Positions 63,818 through 64,000 of a stretch of DNA of 64,000 nt are shown here, one piece after another; within the stretch, counting starts at the first letter, position 1, and every line of letters begins with the position of its first letter. Below the pieces are notes generated by a model. It worked only from the letters and a program-made list of their open reading frames with translations. It had not been told where the DNA came from and searched no databases. Source of the DNA: Candidatus Omnitrophota bacterium (GTDB lineage: Bacteria > Omnitrophota > Gorgyraeia > Duberdicusellales > 4484-171); assembly GCA_028713415.1 (NCBI GenBank), contig JAQTOI010000002.1:16689-80688 (forward strand), read 5' to 3'. Position numbers and translations under genes: made by a program.

Positions 63818-64000
63818 ATGCAACCATCTAACACTCATAAGGTAGAAAAATTATTATACAATCGAACAGCTAAAACATTGGTTACCCAAGTAAGGCTGGA
63901 ATCTTCAAGGCTCTATATTTCCAGAATTTATTCACGGCATATAAAAGAAAAACAATATCGTATGATTGGATATTCTTTTAGGCCAGATTGTTCTTATGAG
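63818..64000 (+). CDS. Candidate immunity protein for the RHS C-terminal toxin domain (partial, runs off window)
   Basis: The ATG lies 11 nt after the RHS stop. The translation MQPSNTHKVEKLLYNRTAKTLVTQVRLESSRLYISRIYSRHIKEKQYRMIGYSFRP... continues off the window. The call rests on position only. Confidence 0.3.
   Translation, partial: MQPSNTHKVEKLLYNRTAKTLVTQVRLESSRLYISRIYSRHIKEKQYRMIGYSFRPDCSYE

Overview
This 64 kb window is one compact bacterial chromosome segment. It is about 42% GC with short, frequently overlapping genes. The gene content suggests an uncultivated anaerobe, possibly PVC/Omnitrophota-like, but that is inference from gene content and not supported by any search.

The minus-strand block at 1-10.7 kb carries cdaA (partial), a cluster of four tRNAs (Asp-GTC, Val-GAC, Leu-TAA, Cys-GCA) next to a free-standing double-motif LAGLIDADG homing endonuclease, then yicC-gmk-rpoZ, ndk, parB-parA, two parS-like palindromes, yidC-yidD-rpmH. 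No rnpA lies between rpmH and yidD.

The plus-strand housekeeping run is MTHFS, rny-ymdB, PilZ, dxs, a four-subunit 2-oxoacid:ferredoxin oxidoreductase (delta-alpha-beta-gamma) with an AT-rich small membrane ORF inserted after the delta subunit, gltX, a cluster of tiny secreted/lipoprotein genes, tRNA-Gln (CTG), and a 1.4 kb hairpin-rich non-coding stretch.

The region I consider most interesting is a co-directional run at 25.0-32.7 kb. It holds an AmmeMemoRadiSam-like radical SAM enzyme (with an N-terminal signal/anchor) coupled to a DsbD_2-like two-Cys membrane protein, a polytopic membrane protein with an embedded spermidine-synthase-like domain, a TPR protein, and a type IV (pseudo)pilin. 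The pilin's N-terminus is joined by a ~100-residue Gly/Ser/Asp linker to a C-terminal HExxH (DUF4157-like) putative metallopeptidase domain. A lipoprotein and a secreted paralog of the same HExxH-like domain follow.

Downstream are glnS, a 1070-aa PAS/GAF histidine kinase with a degenerate GGDEF tail, a GroES-like protein, a HEAT-repeat protein, an ABC-F ATPase, ygiQ, an alpha/beta hydrolase, maf, a SurA-like protein, rplU, an obg with a degenerate G3 motif, proB-proA, an NTase-fold protein, nadD, a phosphohexomutase, plsC, rpsA, tyrS, PilZ, gspE/pilB, DUF1573, and a 1277-aa RHS/YD-repeat polymorphic toxin with a novel C-terminal domain and a candidate immunity gene.

A striking genome-wide feature is that many intergenic regions are long imperfect palindromes built from reiterated short words (ATCTGCG, GATTAC/TAATC, CGGAT, GGTAAC, TCAGC, and others), plus a REP-like GC palindrome CCTGCCTGCCGGCAGGCAGG in at least five copies. 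No rRNA, CRISPR array, transposase or integrase was seen.
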